Assembly (NCBI GenBank): GCA_938083505.1
Contig: CALKCF010000004.1
Coordinates: 32,001-96,000 of the forward strand
DNA: 64,000 nucleotides
Direction: 5' to 3'
Source: an uncultured archaeon
GTDB lineage: Archaea; Thermoproteota; Nitrososphaeria_A; Caldarchaeales; Wolframiiraptoraceae
Part shown: one piece after another, positions 1-9,670 of the stretch
Layout: each line of letters starts with the position of its first letter
How positions within the stretch are numbered: the stretch's first letter is position 1
The notes under the pieces: model-generated
The model's database searches: none
The model's input: only the letters and a program-made list of their open reading frames with translations
What the model was told of the DNA's origin: nothing
Translations under genes and position numbers: made by a program

Positions 1-323
1 ATGGTATATTTGACGTCACGACAAAGGACGGCTTCCACCTAAGGCTGACAGTTACAGCTTTCTCGGTGAATAGGATAAGACGTGGTAAAGATAGGACCAT
101 AAGGCATATCATGAAAAAAGTGGTGACGAATACTGGAGAAACCTTAACACTGGACCAGCTTTCGCAAGAGATAGTCCTAGGAAAGACGGCATCGGATATA
201 TTTAACTTGGCGAAGAAGATCACAGTCTTGAGACACGTTGGTGTCGTCAAATCTAAGGTACTTAAGGTTCCGGCTTGGGTTTATTCTGGAGAAAAAGCAG
301 AAGAATTAAAGCAGGAGACTTAA
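1..323 (+). CDS. rps3ae: 30S ribosomal protein S3Ae (eS1), 3' part; gene starts before the window
   Basis: The frame is open from position 3 and reads GIFDVTTKDGFHLRLTVTAF...TIRHIM...EIVLGKTASDIFNLAKKI, which matches the eS1 C-terminal half. Confidence 0.9.
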   Translation, partial: GIFDVTTKDGFHLRLTVTAFSVNRIRRGKDRTIRHIMKKVVTNTGETLTLDQLSQEIVLGKTASDIFNLAKKITVLRHVGVVKSKVLKVPAWVYSGEKAEELKQET

Positions 324-379
324 AAAAGTTCCTTCTAAAACGTTAAATTTAATGATTGACACTTTTTTGAAGGCTTGCC

Positions 380-1024
380 TTGAGTAGGAGGCCATTAGAT
401 AGGAGAGAAGGTAGGTTGATGGTAGCAAGGCAGGCGGCCATGCTGTTGTATGAAGGTGTTGTATCCGAGTACAAAGAAGCGAAAGAAGTTGCCGCCGAGA
501 ACCTTAGGATAAAAAGCATGCCTAGTAACTATGAGGTGGCGATGGAACTGAGAAAATATTCTGAAGAGGTTGAAGGGGCAGCATTCGCTGAAAGGCTTAG
601 AACAATGAGGAAGGACGCTTTAGAGGTTATGAAAGCCCTCTCAGCTTTCGCTCCTAGGCTTGTGGGTAGCGTTTGGCGGGGCGTGCTTACACCAAGGAGT
701 GATATAGACATAGAGGTTTACACAGAAGATTTGAACATGGTGCTCTCAAAGCTGAAAGATGTTGTGAGTAAGATATTAGGTTGGGAGGAGATAAAACTAC
801 CTGAGCAGATGAGGCTCGGATCGCTCTATAGGATTAGAGCAAAGTCAAAAGTAGGATATGAGTTAGAAATATTGGTGAAAGAGCCGGGAATGCTTAAAAA
901 GCCCGCTAGGTGTGAAATATTCGGGGACTTAAAGAAGGGCCTAACTATTAATGAGCTGGAGGAGCTACTCATGAAAGACCCGGAAGGTCTCAGGGTTCCG
1001 AAGGGTAGGGTGAAAGCAGGATAA
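380..1024 (+). CDS. Pol-beta superfamily nucleotidyltransferase domain protein
   Basis: hGS-x-DxD motif LVGSVWRG...SDIDIEV. Confidence 0.75.
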   Translation: MSRRPLDRREGRLMVARQAAMLLYEGVVSEYKEAKEVAAENLRIKSMPSNYEVAMELRKYSEEVEGAAFAERLRTMRKDALEVMKALSAFAPRLVGSVWRGVLTPRSDIDIEVYTEDLNMVLSKLKDVVSKILGWEEIKLPEQMRLGSLYRIRAKSKVGYELEILVKEPGMLKKPARCEIFGDLKKGLTINELEELLMKDPEGLRVPKGRVKAG

Positions 1025-1365
1025 TGGGCGAGTTCGATATCGAAGAGTTTAGGAGAATGTTCCCGAATCTTTACAGAGAGATCGTTAAGAAGAATATGTG
1101 CATAAGGATAGATGCTCAAAGGGATTCTGAGAAGAGAGCTGAGGAAGCAATGGATATATTGCATGGTGGCCTACCAGGACCTGTTGACTACATCAGACGT
1201 TGTGATACTGATGACGAAGCTATAAAGCTTGTCGATTACTTGGAGTTGAGGGGAGAAATCACAAAAGAAGAGGCGGATAGGTTGAAGAAGCAGATAAGGG
1301 AGATGGGTGTCAGAAGTTTTGGAACAAAGAAAGAGTTGGGCTACTACTCGAAATTCATCCGTTAG
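1024..1365 (+). CDS. DUF2095-like conserved archaeal protein
   Basis: Motifs FRRMFPNLYREI, PGPVDYIRRCDTDDEA and GVRSFGTKKELGYY. TAATG stop/start overlap with the upstream gene. Confidence 0.7.
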   Translation: MGEFDIEEFRRMFPNLYREIVKKNMCIRIDAQRDSEKRAEEAMDILHGGLPGPVDYIRRCDTDDEAIKLVDYLELRGEITKEEADRLKKQIREMGVRSFGTKKELGYYSKFIR

Positions 1366-2579
1366 CCACGTTTCGTCGTAGCTATGATTGAAATAACGTC
1401 CCTACTCTTAAGCTGGTATTTCTCTCCAAGTCTTAACTTAGTCCTTGCATCTATTGCATAGAGGAATCCTTTGCCAAGCTCGCTATGAATCTTATAAGCG
1501 AGGTCTCTTGCGGTGGAACCTTTAGGAAGAAGGTATACATCAGGCAGAACGTTTCCATCTTTGTCAGATAGTCTTTCGACATCTTCAACCGGATAGACCG
1601 GTATGTAACCAAGCACCTCAAGGTAGGCCATATTTATGAGTTGCTGAACGCCTGTACTCCCCCATCGTGCTAACACGTGAGTCTCTATCATATCAAGTGC
1701 CCTTTTCTGCTGCGGTGTCAGTTTTGAAGAATCTAATACTTTGAACGAAGCGTCACCAGGAGTGTAATTCACGAGTCCTTTTTCTGTGGCTATCCTTAGT
1801 ATTCTTTCTGCCTCTGCGCTGCAAGGTACGACTCTATAACCGGCAGACTTCAATCGTTCAACACCTCTCTCGGCACCCTCTATGTCTACCTTATTCGCAG
1901 CTACGATTATGGGCTTCGAAAGCGCTTGTAGTTCCATTGCTAGGTTGAGCAAATCTCGTTTGTCGAACTTAGACGGTATGTATGGATTAAGTCCTAGGGA
2001 TTGTAGCGCCTGTTCAATTTGGCTAGGGGTTATGCTCAAGCCTGAGAGTTTGCTGGATAATTCCTCAACCAACGTAGATTGTTTGTTTTCAACAGCCCTG
2101 CATATCTTCCCCCAATCCTTCTCGAGTAGTCCAGCAATCCAGAAGATCAGCTCCTCCTCAACGATTTTAACGTCCTCTACTGGGTCATGCGTCCCAGGTT
2201 CTACGAGCCTGCCCTCAGCATCGGTTGCACCAGCCGCGTCGCATACGACTATGAGAGCGCTTGCCTGCCTTATCTCATCCAAGAACTGTAGGCCCAGTCC
2301 TTTTCCAGCATGAGCATCTTTTACTATTCCTGGACAGTCAATTACCTGAATCGGCACGAGCCTCGAGCCGTTAATGCATAACGAGTTTTTCGGGTTGTCA
2401 TTTACACCAAATTCTTTACAAACACAATCTATCCTGAGGTGGGTTATGCCGACGTTCGGCTTGATCGTCGTGAATGGATAGTTGGCTATCTGCACGGGTA
2501 CTAGAGTCATTGCAGAAAAGAGTGTGCTTTTACCCGTGTTTGGTTTGCCGACAATACCCGCTAGCTCCAAATCCCGCAC
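1362..2579 (-). CDS. ychF: Archaeal YchF/Obg-family ATPase with TGS domain
   Basis: GKPNTGKST, ANYPFTTIKPN, DCPG, ANKVD, and a C-terminal TGS domain (GSTARDLAYKIHSELG). Confidence 0.9.
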   Translation of the reverse strand: MRDLELAGIVGKPNTGKSTLFSAMTLVPVQIANYPFTTIKPNVGITHLRIDCVCKEFGVNDNPKNSLCINGSRLVPIQVIDCPGIVKDAHAGKGLGLQFLDEIRQASALIVVCDAAGATDAEGRLVEPGTHDPVEDVKIVEEELIFWIAGLLEKDWGKICRAVENKQSTLVEELSSKLSGLSITPSQIEQALQSLGLNPYIPSKFDKRDLLNLAMELQALSKPIIVAANKVDIEGAERGVERLKSAGYRVVPCSAEAERILRIATEKGLVNYTPGDASFKVLDSSKLTPQQKRALDMIETHVLARWGSTGVQQLINMAYLEVLGYIPVYPVEDVERLSDKDGNVLPDVYLLPKGSTARDLAYKIHSELGKGFLYAIDARTKLRLGEKYQLKSRDVISIIATTKRG

Positions 2580-2642
2580 CTTTTCAGAATCGAATACGTT
2601 TAACGGTTATTCTTGTTGTTTTAAAACATTACTATCGACGTA

Positions 2643-3311
2643 TTAAAGCCCAAGGGCTGTGGATATCGTCATCAGCTCTGGACCTGTAGTCCTAGAACCC
2701 ACGATAGCACCTATCGAGGTCGCTACTATGCCGCTTCTTACGAAGGGCACCCCATCATTTACGGTACATGGTGTGCATGGAACCTTTAGCACATCCTTTA
2801 CGAGCCCCTCATCTTCTTCAGTACATTCTATGTGGATCACCGCACCGGTATTGGTGGCTACGGATATTGAGCCTACGTACGGTCTCCCTGCAAGTCTTGC
2901 CTGTACAACCTCTACATCTAACACGTCCCTGATCTTCGCAACCTCCTCCTTCGTGAATTCTGGGCTTACTATTGCGCCCTTGTCGTTTGTCACTACCAAG
3001 TTTCCGACTGCGGTCAGTTTGCTGTCCAAAACTTCAACCCGTATGCTATTTAGTTCTTTTTTAATAACATCAACTTCTTCTTCGAATGCTATAGGTGAAA
3101 TGAGTATGCCGTTAGAGTTACCAGTAAGAAGGGCACCTATCAAGTAAGTGCCGCCTATCGTGGTAGACACAGCCTTTACGTTTAAAACCTTAGATATCGT
3201 CTCAATCTTCTTCTTTGTTAGTTGAACTGGAACGATCACATACTTCTCGGATGCGAAAGAGAGGACACCGACCTCGGCCGTTCCGAAGAAGTCCTCCATT
3301 ATTATAACCAT
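2643..3311 (-). CDS. eif6: Translation initiation factor 6 (aIF6)
   Basis: Repeated GN/TN..G pentein units and TTGPEL; lies after eL31. Confidence 0.93.
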   Translation of the reverse strand: MVIIMEDFFGTAEVGVLSFASEKYVIVPVQLTKKKIETISKVLNVKAVSTTIGGTYLIGALLTGNSNGILISPIAFEEEVDVIKKELNSIRVEVLDSKLTAVGNLVVTNDKGAIVSPEFTKEEVAKIRDVLDVEVVQARLAGRPYVGSISVATNTGAVIHIECTEEDEGLVKDVLKVPCTPCTVNDGVPFVRSGIVATSIGAIVGSRTTGPELMTISTALGL

Positions 3312-3318
3312 TTCTACC

Positions 3319-3603
3319 TCATTCCGTCCTCTCTTCCTTTGGCAAGGATATCGTCACAACACCATCCTCGTCCTTTTCCATAAGAACCTTTATCCTCCTT
3401 GGAGGCTTTTGTATACTCATTTCCCATATGAGCTCGTTTACTTCCTCGGAAATCTTCACTTTATCCGACTTCATGTGTCTTGTTGCAAAGCTCCTGAGCA
3501 AATTTATCGCCCTTTCTGCCCTCCTCTTTCTGGAAGCCTTCCACGCATCTCTTAACGGTACCGTATATACCCTCGAAACTACGATCTTACTCATATGGAA
3601 CAC
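3319..3603 (-). CDS. rpl31e: 50S ribosomal protein L31e
   Basis: RVYTVPLR, RAERAI, RHMK, VNELIW and PPRRIKV. Confidence 0.95.
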   Translation of the reverse strand: MFHMSKIVVSRVYTVPLRDAWKASRKRRAERAINLLRSFATRHMKSDKVKISEEVNELIWEMSIQKPPRRIKVLMEKDEDGVVTISLPKEERTE

Positions 3604-3667
3604 CGTTTCTTACATAAAAGTTTTCGAAGAATGCTTATATTTAGACTTACTTAAAAATTGACTAAAC

Positions 3668-3817
3668 TTAAGGTTTTATTCTCGAAATTTTCCAGTGCCT
3701 CCTTCTCGCATGTGTCCTAACTTTGCGTGCTGTTCTTAGTATGACCCATGAGGGTACTGGCCAGCTCCTCCTCATAGCCCTTGCCAATCTTTTCTTGAGG
3801 GGCAATGTCTTTACCAT
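3668..3817 (-). CDS. rpl39e: 50S ribosomal protein L39e (49 aa, absent from the ORF track)
   Basis: Manual translation MVKTLPLKKRLARAMRRSWPVPSWVILRTARKVRTHARRRHWKISRIKP; canonical position before L31e. Confidence 0.95.
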   Translation of the reverse strand: MVKTLPLKKRLARAMRRSWPVPSWVILRTARKVRTHARRRHWKISRIKP

Positions 3818-3864
3818 GTCGGGTCAATTCCTAAGCAAGGTTCTATTATTTGTGCATTGCGCTC

Positions 3865-4194
3865 TTATATTCTTTCTATCCTTATTTCTCTCTTTTTCGG
3901 TAATACCTTCTCCAGTATCATCTTTATATCATCATCCGTGATGGGTGTTCTTACCCTACCTTCATTTACGAGTTTTATCAGTAACTCTTCTACGACACCA
4001 ACTACTTCTGGCCTAATTAACTTAAGATTAGCCAGTCTTTGACGCGCCTCTGGTGTCAATATCAGCCTCATGGCTGCTGCCCTTTCTGCCTCTCTTTGCC
4101 TCCTTGCCTGCTCCTCCGCCATCTTCGCTTGGAGCTCAGCCATCTTTTGTTGCCTTATTCGTTCAAGCTCTTCATCATACGACATGACCCTCAC
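3865..4194 (-). CDS. PDCD5/TFAR19-like dsDNA-binding protein
   Basis: DEELERIRQQKMAEL, LTPEARQRLANLKLIRPE and ITDDDIK; conserved eS19-PDCD5-eL39 context. Confidence 0.9.
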   Translation of the reverse strand: MRVMSYDEELERIRQQKMAELQAKMAEEQARRQREAERAAAMRLILTPEARQRLANLKLIRPEVVGVVEELLIKLVNEGRVRTPITDDDIKMILEKVLPKKREIRIERI

Positions 4195-4274
4195 CCCTCT
4201 GGGTTTCTGAAATAAAACTTTAGATCAAGATAACTTAAACATTGCTTTAAAATTCAGAACCTTGAAACTTTTAT

Positions 4275-4694
4275 CTAACCTTTTAGGAGAACTTTTGCCG
4301 CCTCCTCTAGTAACTCCCTACCCTTAGAAGTCGCTACTCTGCCCTTCTTTCCCTCCTTCGTTACAAGACCAGCTGCCTCTAGCTGTTGGAGGGCCTTTCT
4401 GATGATACTACCGCTGCCTTTTGCGAAAGCCGGAGGTCTATGCCCCCTTCTATGCCTGCCACCATATATCGTCCTAAGCCTAGACACCCCTATCGGGCCC
4501 TTTAGGTAGACCTTTCGTAGGATTGCAGCGCACCTAATGTACCACCAATCAGGGTCGGAAGGTGGCCTTTCTTTATGTACGCCCGTCTTAGAGAAGATTG
4601 CCCATGGAGGTGGCTTTACAAGTTGCGCCTCCTTCAGGTATGCGGCCACTCTTTTTATGAGCTTCTCCGGATTCACGGTCAATACTCGCAACAT
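4275..4694 (-). CDS. rps19e: 30S ribosomal protein S19e
   Basis: PPWA..KTGVHKERPP.DPDWWYIRCAAILRKVY and GSGSIIRKALQQLE. Confidence 0.97.
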   Translation of the reverse strand: MLRVLTVNPEKLIKRVAAYLKEAQLVKPPPWAIFSKTGVHKERPPSDPDWWYIRCAAILRKVYLKGPIGVSRLRTIYGGRHRRGHRPPAFAKGSGSIIRKALQQLEAAGLVTKEGKKGRVATSKGRELLEEAAKVLLKG

Positions 4695-4722
4695 CTTATA
4701 ACACCTTTCTCTTAAACTTTCT

Positions 4723-5070
4723 CTAAAGTTTTTGAGCAGTCGACTTTATGTGTTTTTCTTTTTGGGCGGGGTACCTCCTTATCCACCCACACCTCAGACA
4801 CTTTACGACAACGTGTGTAGTCATTCTGTCCCTAACCCTAACGGAGAACGAGCTCGACCCTAGAAATAGGTTACCGCATTTTCTACAAAATAGTAGCTTA
4901 TACGGTTTTGGAATCCTCAATCTAGCCCTTTGGGCTATCCTTCTAGCTATGCTCACAGCTTCCCTCGCAGCCTCTGGATCCGATTGCGCATATGTTCTTG
5001 CGAACTCGAATAGCCTCTCTATCCTTTCACGCGCTATCGCTTTAAGCAAACGGTTTTTCATAAAGGGCAT
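4723..5070 (-). CDS. rnp4: RNase P protein component 4 (Rpp21)
   Basis: IARERIERLF and zinc ribbon CRKC...CLRCGWIRRYP. Confidence 0.92.
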   Translation of the reverse strand: MPFMKNRLLKAIARERIERLFEFARTYAQSDPEAAREAVSIARRIAQRARLRIPKPYKLLFCRKCGNLFLGSSSFSVRVRDRMTTHVVVKCLRCGWIRRYPAQKEKHIKSTAQKL

Positions 5071-5177
5071 TATTAAAACTTTTGCTTTCTTTAATTAAGG
5101 TTATTGTTTGTTTTGAACAACTGAGCAAAAAGTTTTTCAAATCTTCAAATAGATTATAGCGTGCCGGTTGGAAGGTC

Positions 5178-5864
5178 GTGGAGTTCGTAAAACTAACTTT
5201 GGTTTTCGTGGAGGCAGCCCTCGAGCTCGTTCCAAGAGAATGTTGGAATCATAGTGCAGTGGTATCCGATGCGAGGAGGAGAGGTAAAAAACCGGAGCAA
5301 CTATTGCTTGACAGATCATATCATCATGCAGCGATGAAGAGCTTGGTTGATGCACATAAGCGGGGAAGGCCTGACATTGTACATTTTTGCCTACTGACAT
5401 CTTTAAGTTCCATCCTTTCCAAGAAAGGGCTTCTAGAGGTTTATGTGCATACGAGGGATGATAAGTTAATTTGGGTAAATCCTGAAACGAGGTTACCGAG
5501 GGTCTATGAAAGGTTCAAAGGTCTAATTGAGGCCTTGTACGAACAACACATCATAGAATCAGACGGTAAGAAGTTGCTTGAACTTAAAGATGCTACACTG
5601 ACTGATCTGCTGTTCACTTTGAAGCCTGACAAAGTAATCCTCATGAGTGAGAAAGGCAATAGGCTGACCATGAAAGAACTCGGTGAGTTACTGATCTCTT
5701 GTAAGAGGCCCGTCGTTCTCATAGGGGCCTTTCCAAGAGGTGAGCTGGAAGAACGGACTGTTAAAGTATCCGATGCTGTTGTATGCATTCATGAAGAACC
5801 TTTGGATGCATGGAGCGTTACATCATACGTGATATGTTCTCTGGAGTACGCGCTTGGTTACTAA
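5178..5864 (+). CDS. nep1: 16S rRNA m1-pseudouridine methyltransferase Nep1/Emg1 (SPOUT)
   Basis: LELVP, GRPDIVH, RLPRVYERFKGL and IGAFPRG. Confidence 0.93.
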   Translation: MEFVKLTLVFVEAALELVPRECWNHSAVVSDARRRGKKPEQLLLDRSYHHAAMKSLVDAHKRGRPDIVHFCLLTSLSSILSKKGLLEVYVHTRDDKLIWVNPETRLPRVYERFKGLIEALYEQHIIESDGKKLLELKDATLTDLLFTLKPDKVILMSEKGNRLTMKELGELLISCKRPVVLIGAFPRGELEERTVKVSDAVVCIHEEPLDAWSVTSYVICSLEYALGY

Positions 5865-5904
5865 CCATATTGCTTATTTACTTGAAAATTTATGATATGA
5901 TTTT

Positions 5905-6573
5905 ATGATTGGTAGGAAAAAGTTGGCAGGACTGATAGACCACACGAATGTAAGGCCTACGGCTACAAATATTGACATAGAGAGGTTATGCGACGAGGCT
6001 ATTAAATATGGTTTCCACGTCGTGTGCGTTCAACCATGCTTTGTAAGATTAGCATCCAGACTAATTGCTGGCCATAGCAAGGTTAAGGTTTGCACAGTTA
6101 TAGGCTTTCCCTTTGGAACAAACACTACGGATGTAAAAGTTTTCGAGACAAAGAAGGCAATAGAGGATGGTGCGGAAGAGCTGGACGTCGTAATGAACAT
6201 AAGCATGGTAAAATCTGGGAACTACGCCTACATCGAAGATGAATTGAATAGGATTATGAATGTTACGAGAGGTGTTGTTTTCAAGTTAATAATTGAAACG
6301 GGATATCTGACGGTTGAAGAGATGCGCAAGGTGTGTGACATTGCCGTAAGGGTCGGAGTGGATTATGTGAAGACGTGCACGGGCTTTGGACCTAGGGGCG
6401 TATCTTTAGAGGATGTGAGATTGATAAAAGAGTTCACAGGCGGCAAAGTAGGCATAAAGGCCTCAGGAGGTATAAGAACCTACGAGCAGGCGGTTTCGCT
6501 GATTGAGGCGGGTGCCACAAGGCTTGGAACGAGCCATAGCTTGAAAGTGCTGGAAGGCGCACCACCAGAGTAG
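5905..6573 (+). CDS. deoC: Deoxyribose-phosphate aldolase
   Basis: IDHT, VIGFPFG, ELDVVMN, KLIIET, YVKTCTGF, KASGGIR and RLGTS. Confidence 0.95.
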   Translation: MIGRKKLAGLIDHTNVRPTATNIDIERLCDEAIKYGFHVVCVQPCFVRLASRLIAGHSKVKVCTVIGFPFGTNTTDVKVFETKKAIEDGAEELDVVMNISMVKSGNYAYIEDELNRIMNVTRGVVFKLIIETGYLTVEEMRKVCDIAVRVGVDYVKTCTGFGPRGVSLEDVRLIKEFTGGKVGIKASGGIRTYEQAVSLIEAGATRLGTSHSLKVLEGAPPE

Positions 6574-6584
6574 GATGAGTCGGT

Positions 6585-6677
6585 TGCGGCGGCCGGGATT
6601 CGAACCCGGGATTTCAGGCTTGGAAGGCTTTCGCCGAATGTTCGACTGCGTCCTAGTCCAGACTAGACCACCGCCGC
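6585..6677 (-). tRNA. tRNA-Gly(TCC) with a 17-nt intron at 29/30 (6629..6645)
   Basis: Acceptor stem GCGGCGG/CCGCCGC-A and T arm CCGGG-TTCGAAT-CCCGG. The anticodon stem CAGGC/GCCTG forms only after removing TCGAACATTCGGCGAAA. Confidence 0.92.
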
Positions 6678-6818
6678 AGACGACATAAGACCTGCTATTA
6701 TTTATCATTAATAAGAATTAAAGATAATAAAAACTTGATGCCGAACCAACTAGAAGACAAAATACTTAAATAACAACAGGCACTTTATTACGAGCAATAT
6801 AAGAGGTAATGAATAGCT

Positions 6819-7604
6819 TTGAAAGTTAGTTCAGCTTTTTCTAAAACTGTCTTTATTTTGATAGCAGTCGTGTTGTCGGCTGTCGTGATAGCAGGTGTAG
6901 CTTACTATGCGACTATGCCAGTTACAACACCAACAACCTCACCTACTACTACAACAACGACGCCCACGAGCCCTACTACGACTCCAACCATAACGACACA
7001 AACTACTACGACAGAGACACAAACCACGCAGACTCAGACCGAGACGACAACAGTTACTACGACGGGTATCAGCCCTATAGTTAACTTAAGAGTTGGGTCC
7101 TATGTAAAGTACCTTCAGAGGGCCTATATGGATGAGGACATTTTTGAGTCGTACATAACGTTCCATGTTAAGGGTGAGGAGAGATACAATAACGTGAATT
7201 GTTTGCTTTTATCAATGGTTATGGAGGCTCAGCGGAATGGTGTTAGAATGAAGGAAGTTATCACATGGTGGTTATCTAAAATGGAACTAAAGATGATGCA
7301 CGCAAAGATACAGTTCTACCATAACGACGAGCTGATTTATGAGAGTGAGCCCTCACCTTACGAGGTGAGAGAGGAAGAGAGTCCTCCAGAACCTATAGAT
7401 GTGAACTACTTTGTAGGTTATGAGAGTGTAACGGTTCCAGCAGGTACATTTATAAACTGCATTAAGGTTGAGGTCTCCGAAAAAGAATCCCTTATGAAAA
7501 CATGGGCACATCCGAACGTTCCTATATACGGTTTAGTAAAATTTGAGCTATATAAAGCAGGGAGTTTGAAGTCGGTCATGGAGCTAATATCCTACGGCGG
7601 TTAA
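6819..7604 (+). CDS. Membrane-anchored cell-surface protein with a Thr/Pro-rich linker and a beta-rich C-terminal domain
   Basis: N-terminal hydrophobic helix, about 50 aa of T/P/S/Q linker, and an ESVTVPAGTF motif. Confidence 0.75.
   Translation: MKVSSAFSKTVFILIAVVLSAVVIAGVAYYATMPVTTPTTSPTTTTTTPTSPTTTPTITTQTTTTETQTTQTQTETTTVTTTGISPIVNLRVGSYVKYLQRAYMDEDIFESYITFHVKGEERYNNVNCLLLSMVMEAQRNGVRMKEVITWWLSKMELKMMHAKIQFYHNDELIYESEPSPYEVREEESPPEPIDVNYFVGYESVTVPAGTFINCIKVEVSEKESLMKTWAHPNVPIYGLVKFELYKAGSLKSVMELISYGG
6921..7063 (+). repeat. Low-complexity ACN-codon (Thr-rich) tract
   Basis: Encodes VTTPTTSPTTTTTTPTSPTTTPTITTQTTTTETQTTQTQTETTTVTTT. Confidence 0.8.
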
Positions 7605-7701
7605 ACCCTTGGATAATTAATCAAATACACTTAAAAAAATAAACCAAACTTAAAATTCTACCATTTTTTAAACATGAGGATGAGTTAGAGGGGACCACAT
7701 C

Positions 7702-8808
7702 TTGTTGTCGCAACAAAAACTTTACTTTGCTCTAGATGCTGAAGCGTTTGGTAATTTTATTGACGTCTTGAAAGATCTCGGTTACACGGTTTATGGGCCT
7801 GCGGAAAAAGATGGTGCGATTGTCTTCGAAATCCTTGACTCCATTAAGCAGATGCCAAGAGGTTTGTACGACGAGCAATCTCCTGGAAGATATAGGCTTA
7901 CCAAGAAAGATAATCAAAGATACTTCGGTTATGTTGTCGGCCCACAATCCCCGAAATACGTGCTGTACTCGCCCCAGCACTTGCTATTTAAGGTAAGGAA
8001 GGATGGGAGGACATTCATTCCGCAACCAGACGGTAAAAAGATAGCGATCATCGGACTCAGACCGTGCGATTTGAAGGCAATCGAGATACTCGATAACGTC
8101 CTACTTAAGGGACCGTATAAGAGCAATGCATACGAAGCCATCAGAAAAGATGCGCTGTTTATAGCGGTCAACTGCGTTGAGCCTGGTAATAACTGCTTCT
8201 GTACATCCATGAACACTGGTCCGTTTGCGCAATCCGGTTACGATATCTCCATCACCGAGCTTTTAATGAACGGAAGCCACGTCTTTATCCTAGAGACTAT
8301 GACAAACAAGGGCACAGAGATCGTAAGTAGACTTAAATGCAGAAATGCGACAGAGGAGGAGTTAAACGTTGTATCAAAATTGATGGAAGATGCAAAGAAC
8401 AAAATAAGGAAGAAGTTGGACGTCGAGAATCTAAAAGATGACCTTTACAGAAACATCGAACATCCGAATTGGAACGAAATCAATAATAAGTGCTTGGCGT
8501 GCGGGAACTGTACGCTTGTCTGTCCAACGTGCTTCTGCTCTTCCGTGTTTGACAGCTCATCACTCTCGATGGATGTGGCTGAGAGATGGAGGGTATGGGA
8601 TTCCTGCTTCAGCATAGATTACTCATACATTCATGGCGGATCGATAAGACAGTCAATCATGAGTCGATATAGACATTGGTTGATGCATAAGCTTGCTACA
8701 TGGGTCGATCAATTTGGAACGTTTGGCTGCGTAGGTTGCGGAAGGTGCATAACTTGGTGCCCCGTAGGAATAGATATTGTGGAAGAGGCTAGCAAGGTAA
8801 GGGATTGA
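7702..8808 (+). CDS. hydB: Group 3b NiFe (sulf)hydrogenase beta subunit, 2x[4Fe-4S]
   Basis: CLACGNCTLVCPTCFC, CVGCGRCITWCP and RPCD. Confidence 0.9.
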   Translation: MLSQQKLYFALDAEAFGNFIDVLKDLGYTVYGPAEKDGAIVFEILDSIKQMPRGLYDEQSPGRYRLTKKDNQRYFGYVVGPQSPKYVLYSPQHLLFKVRKDGRTFIPQPDGKKIAIIGLRPCDLKAIEILDNVLLKGPYKSNAYEAIRKDALFIAVNCVEPGNNCFCTSMNTGPFAQSGYDISITELLMNGSHVFILETMTNKGTEIVSRLKCRNATEEELNVVSKLMEDAKNKIRKKLDVENLKDDLYRNIEHPNWNEINNKCLACGNCTLVCPTCFCSSVFDSSSLSMDVAERWRVWDSCFSIDYSYIHGGSIRQSIMSRYRHWLMHKLATWVDQFGTFGCVGCGRCITWCPVGIDIVEEASKVRD

Positions 8809-8812
8809 GTTT

Positions 8813-9670
8813 ATGAAGGAAAAGTCCACGTTAGAGACCGCTCAAGAAGTAGAAGTCGAGGTAATGAGGAAGTTTTCAGTCGAAGAAGTCTTCAAGGAGA
8901 CGCCTGATACTTACACGCTATTACTAAAGCCGTTAGATAAGAAAGATTATAGCTTTGTTCCAGGCCAGTTTAACATGCTGTACGCGTTCGGCGTAGGAGA
9001 GGTGCCGATCTCTTTAAGCGGCGATCCAGACGAGAAGTATCTGATCGCCCACACGATTAGGGTCGTTGGTGCCGTGACAAATGCCTTGGTGAATGCAAGG
9101 AAGCCAAAATTCATTGGCCTTAGGGGTCCATTCGGGAATGGATGGCCTTTGGAGAAGACAAAAGGAAAGGACGTGATAATCGTGGCCGGAGGCATAGGTC
9201 TAGCGCCGCTCAGACCAGCAATATATTACATCTTAAAACACAGGAAGGAATATGGTAGGTTCTTCTTCCTTTACGGTGCTAGGACACCTAATGATTTATT
9301 ATACAAGAAGGAATTAAAGGAGTGGAAGAGTAGGTTCGATATGGATGCCTTCATAACTGTGGATGCTGGTGATGAAAAGTGGACAGGAAATATCGGTGTC
9401 GTAACAACTCTTTTCAAACATATAAAGCTCGACCCGAATAACACGTATGCCTTTGTCTGTGGACCAGAGATAATGATGAAGTTTACTGTACTCGAGCTCA
9501 GGAATCAAGGCTTAACTGATGATAAAATATACATCTCGATGGAAAGGAATATGAAGTGCGGCATGGGGCTTTGTGGACGCTGTCAGTTCGGGCCTTACTT
9601 TGTATGCAAGAACGGCCCGATATTTTCGATGGATCAGATAAATAGGTTCTTTGGGAGGCGTGAGGTCTGA
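8813..9670 (+). CDS. hydG: Group 3b hydrogenase gamma subunit (FAD/NAD(P), [2Fe-2S])
   Basis: [31 protein letters not shown] and CGMGLCGRC. Confidence 0.9.
   Translation: MKEKSTLETAQEVEVEVMRKFSVEEVFKETPDTYTLLLKPLDKKDYSFVPGQFNMLYAFGVGEVPISLSGDPDEKYLIAHTIRVVGAVTNALVNARKPKFIGLRGPFGNGWPLEKTKGKDVIIVAGGIGLAPLRPAIYYILKHRKEYGRFFFLYGARTPNDLLYKKELKEWKSRFDMDAFITVDAGDEKWTGNIGVVTTLFKHIKLDPNNTYAFVCGPEIMMKFTVLELRNQGLTDDKIYISMERNMKCGMGLCGRCQFGPYFVCKNGPIFSMDQINRFFGRREV

Noticed and set aside
380-1365. MNT-HEPN toxin-antitoxin pair
   Set aside because: The partner has no HEPN RX4H motif, and the transferase is about twice the size of a minimal MNT.
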